From the NCBI GenBank assembly GCA_963817895.1, contig CAWFQB010000001.1, positions 32,001-96,000 of the forward strand: a stretch of DNA of 64,000 nucleotides. Direction: 5' to 3'. A model generated the notes under the pieces. That model was not told the origin of the DNA and made no database searches. It saw only the letters and a program-made list of their open reading frames with translations. Below, one piece after another: positions 62,899-64,000 of the stretch. The translations under genes and the position numbers were made by a program. Position 1 is the first letter of the stretch, and the number at the start of each line of letters is the position of its first letter. Source of the DNA: an uncultured Chthonomonadaceae bacterium (GTDB lineage Bacteria > Armatimonadota > Chthonomonadetes > Chthonomonadales > Chthonomonadaceae).

Positions 62899-63128
62899 GC
62901 CGACTACGAGCAAAGGAGAGGAAGGGTTTCGTAAAATTTCTTGTTTGTTGTCCACGGAACGCGCCTTTTTCATGCAAACAGTTTAGCCGCGAATACACGC
63001 GAATGAACGCAAATGAGAACGGAGAATGGATGGCTTTGCTGTTTCCGCGCTTACGGGGGAACAGGACGTGCGAATGCAGGACGCGCTACCACAAGTTTAC
63101 ATACGCGCTTATAATTTTCTTTCGGCGC

Positions 63129-63164
63129 AAAAAACCCTGCGCTGTTTTAGAAACAGCGCAGGGT
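63129..63164 (-). terminator. Terminator of the fasciclin gene
   Basis: ACCCTGCGCTGTTT / AAACAGCGCAGGGT followed by a T run on the minus strand. Confidence 0.8.
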
Positions 63165-63181
63165 CTTCACAACATCAGCAG

Positions 63182-63295
63182 GCTTTAGAGCCTCTCCCAG
63201 TAGGCCGGGAACAAAGAACGTACCCGTCTGAGTGGCCTACGGCCAAGCGTCCTTCGGACGCAAATGCAATCGCCTATTGGGAGAGGCTCTAAAGC
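63182..63295. mobile_element. MITE-like element with 24-bp terminal inverted repeats
   Basis: GCTTTAGAGCCTCTCCCA(G/A)TAGGC, 23/24 match; internal tetraloop hairpins. Confidence 0.65.
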
Positions 63296-63300
63296 AAAGA

Positions 63301-63829
63301 CTACATTTTGCTTTTGCTCATCTTGCCGGATGTGGGCGGCATAATCACGGCGTTGATGACGTGGATCACGCCGTTGTCGGCGGCGATGTCGGCTTTGATC
63401 ACTTTGGCCTGATTGACCATCACGGCGTCTTTGGTGTGCGTGACTTTGATTTGCGGGCCGGCGAGGGATGCCACTTCGCTCGGGCGTTTTCATCTTCAGC
63501 ACATCGGCGGCCATCACTTTGCCCTTGACCACATGGTACTTGAGCAGGTCGGCCAGTTTGTCCTTGTTTTCGGGCTTGGCGAGAAAGTCCATCGTCTTTT
63601 TGGGAACCTTCTTGAACGCTTCGTCGGTGGGCGCGAACACGGTGAGTTCGTCGGTGCCGGTCAGGGCGTCGGTCAGTCCGGCGGCTTTGACCAGACTGAG
63701 CAGGGTCTTGAAATTCCCGGCTTTGGTGGCGACTTCGGCGATGTTGTCGGCCTGCGCGCGCAGCCCGGTCACGAACGTCAGGGACAGCAGCAATGCCGGT
63801 AAAACAGTGGCTTTAGAAAACATTTTCAC
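63301..63829 (-). CDS. Fasciclin (FAS1) domain protein (frameshift ~63485)
   Basis: TVFAPTDEAF, LLKYHVV and NGVIHVINAVI motifs. Confidence 0.92.
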
Positions 63830-64000
63830 GAGAACAACTCCTTGAACAGAGAACGAGTGCAGAGTGACATCAAGAACAACACATATCGGAAAATCCCCGA
63901 TAATATATCATTAATGACTGATGTACGCCCCGCGAACGAACAAACGTTCCCGCACAGAAGCCGCATGGTCAAATACCGCCATTTTCACCTTAAAATGTTA

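Overview
A 64 kb bacterial chromosomal segment, GC-rich by eye. PEP-CTERM proteins, DUF1501, a PASTA kinase and a secretin suggest a diderm lineage such as Armatimonadota (inference only). It holds housekeeping genes (moeA, aroC-aroK-aroB, rpe, ribD-ribE, murQ, pdhABC, FKBP), a pilMNO-lipoprotein-STN-secretin type IV pilus locus, secreted hydrolases, an ECF sigma/anti-sigma operon, a vapBC-like pair and a DUF4062 + AlbA_2/HATPase pair. From about 17.8 kb onward many genes, including core metabolic ones, are split by single-base indels, most likely long-read assembly errors; joined coordinates are given. Highlights: (1) a membrane-anchored DUF4760-like/rhodanese fusion with an in-frame UGA in a C-x-U motif followed by a SECIS-like hairpin, a probable selenoprotein missed by the ORF track; (2) a dense set of elements whose inverted ends are built from 7-9 nt tandem arrays, one enclosing a GxxExxY gene and several empty or inserted in frame in proteins; (3) a sigma-54 promoter with a ~400 nt structured leader before a PEP-CTERM gene; (4) an unannotated 26-aa hydrophobic sORF. 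No rRNA, tRNA, CRISPR array or transposase was seen.
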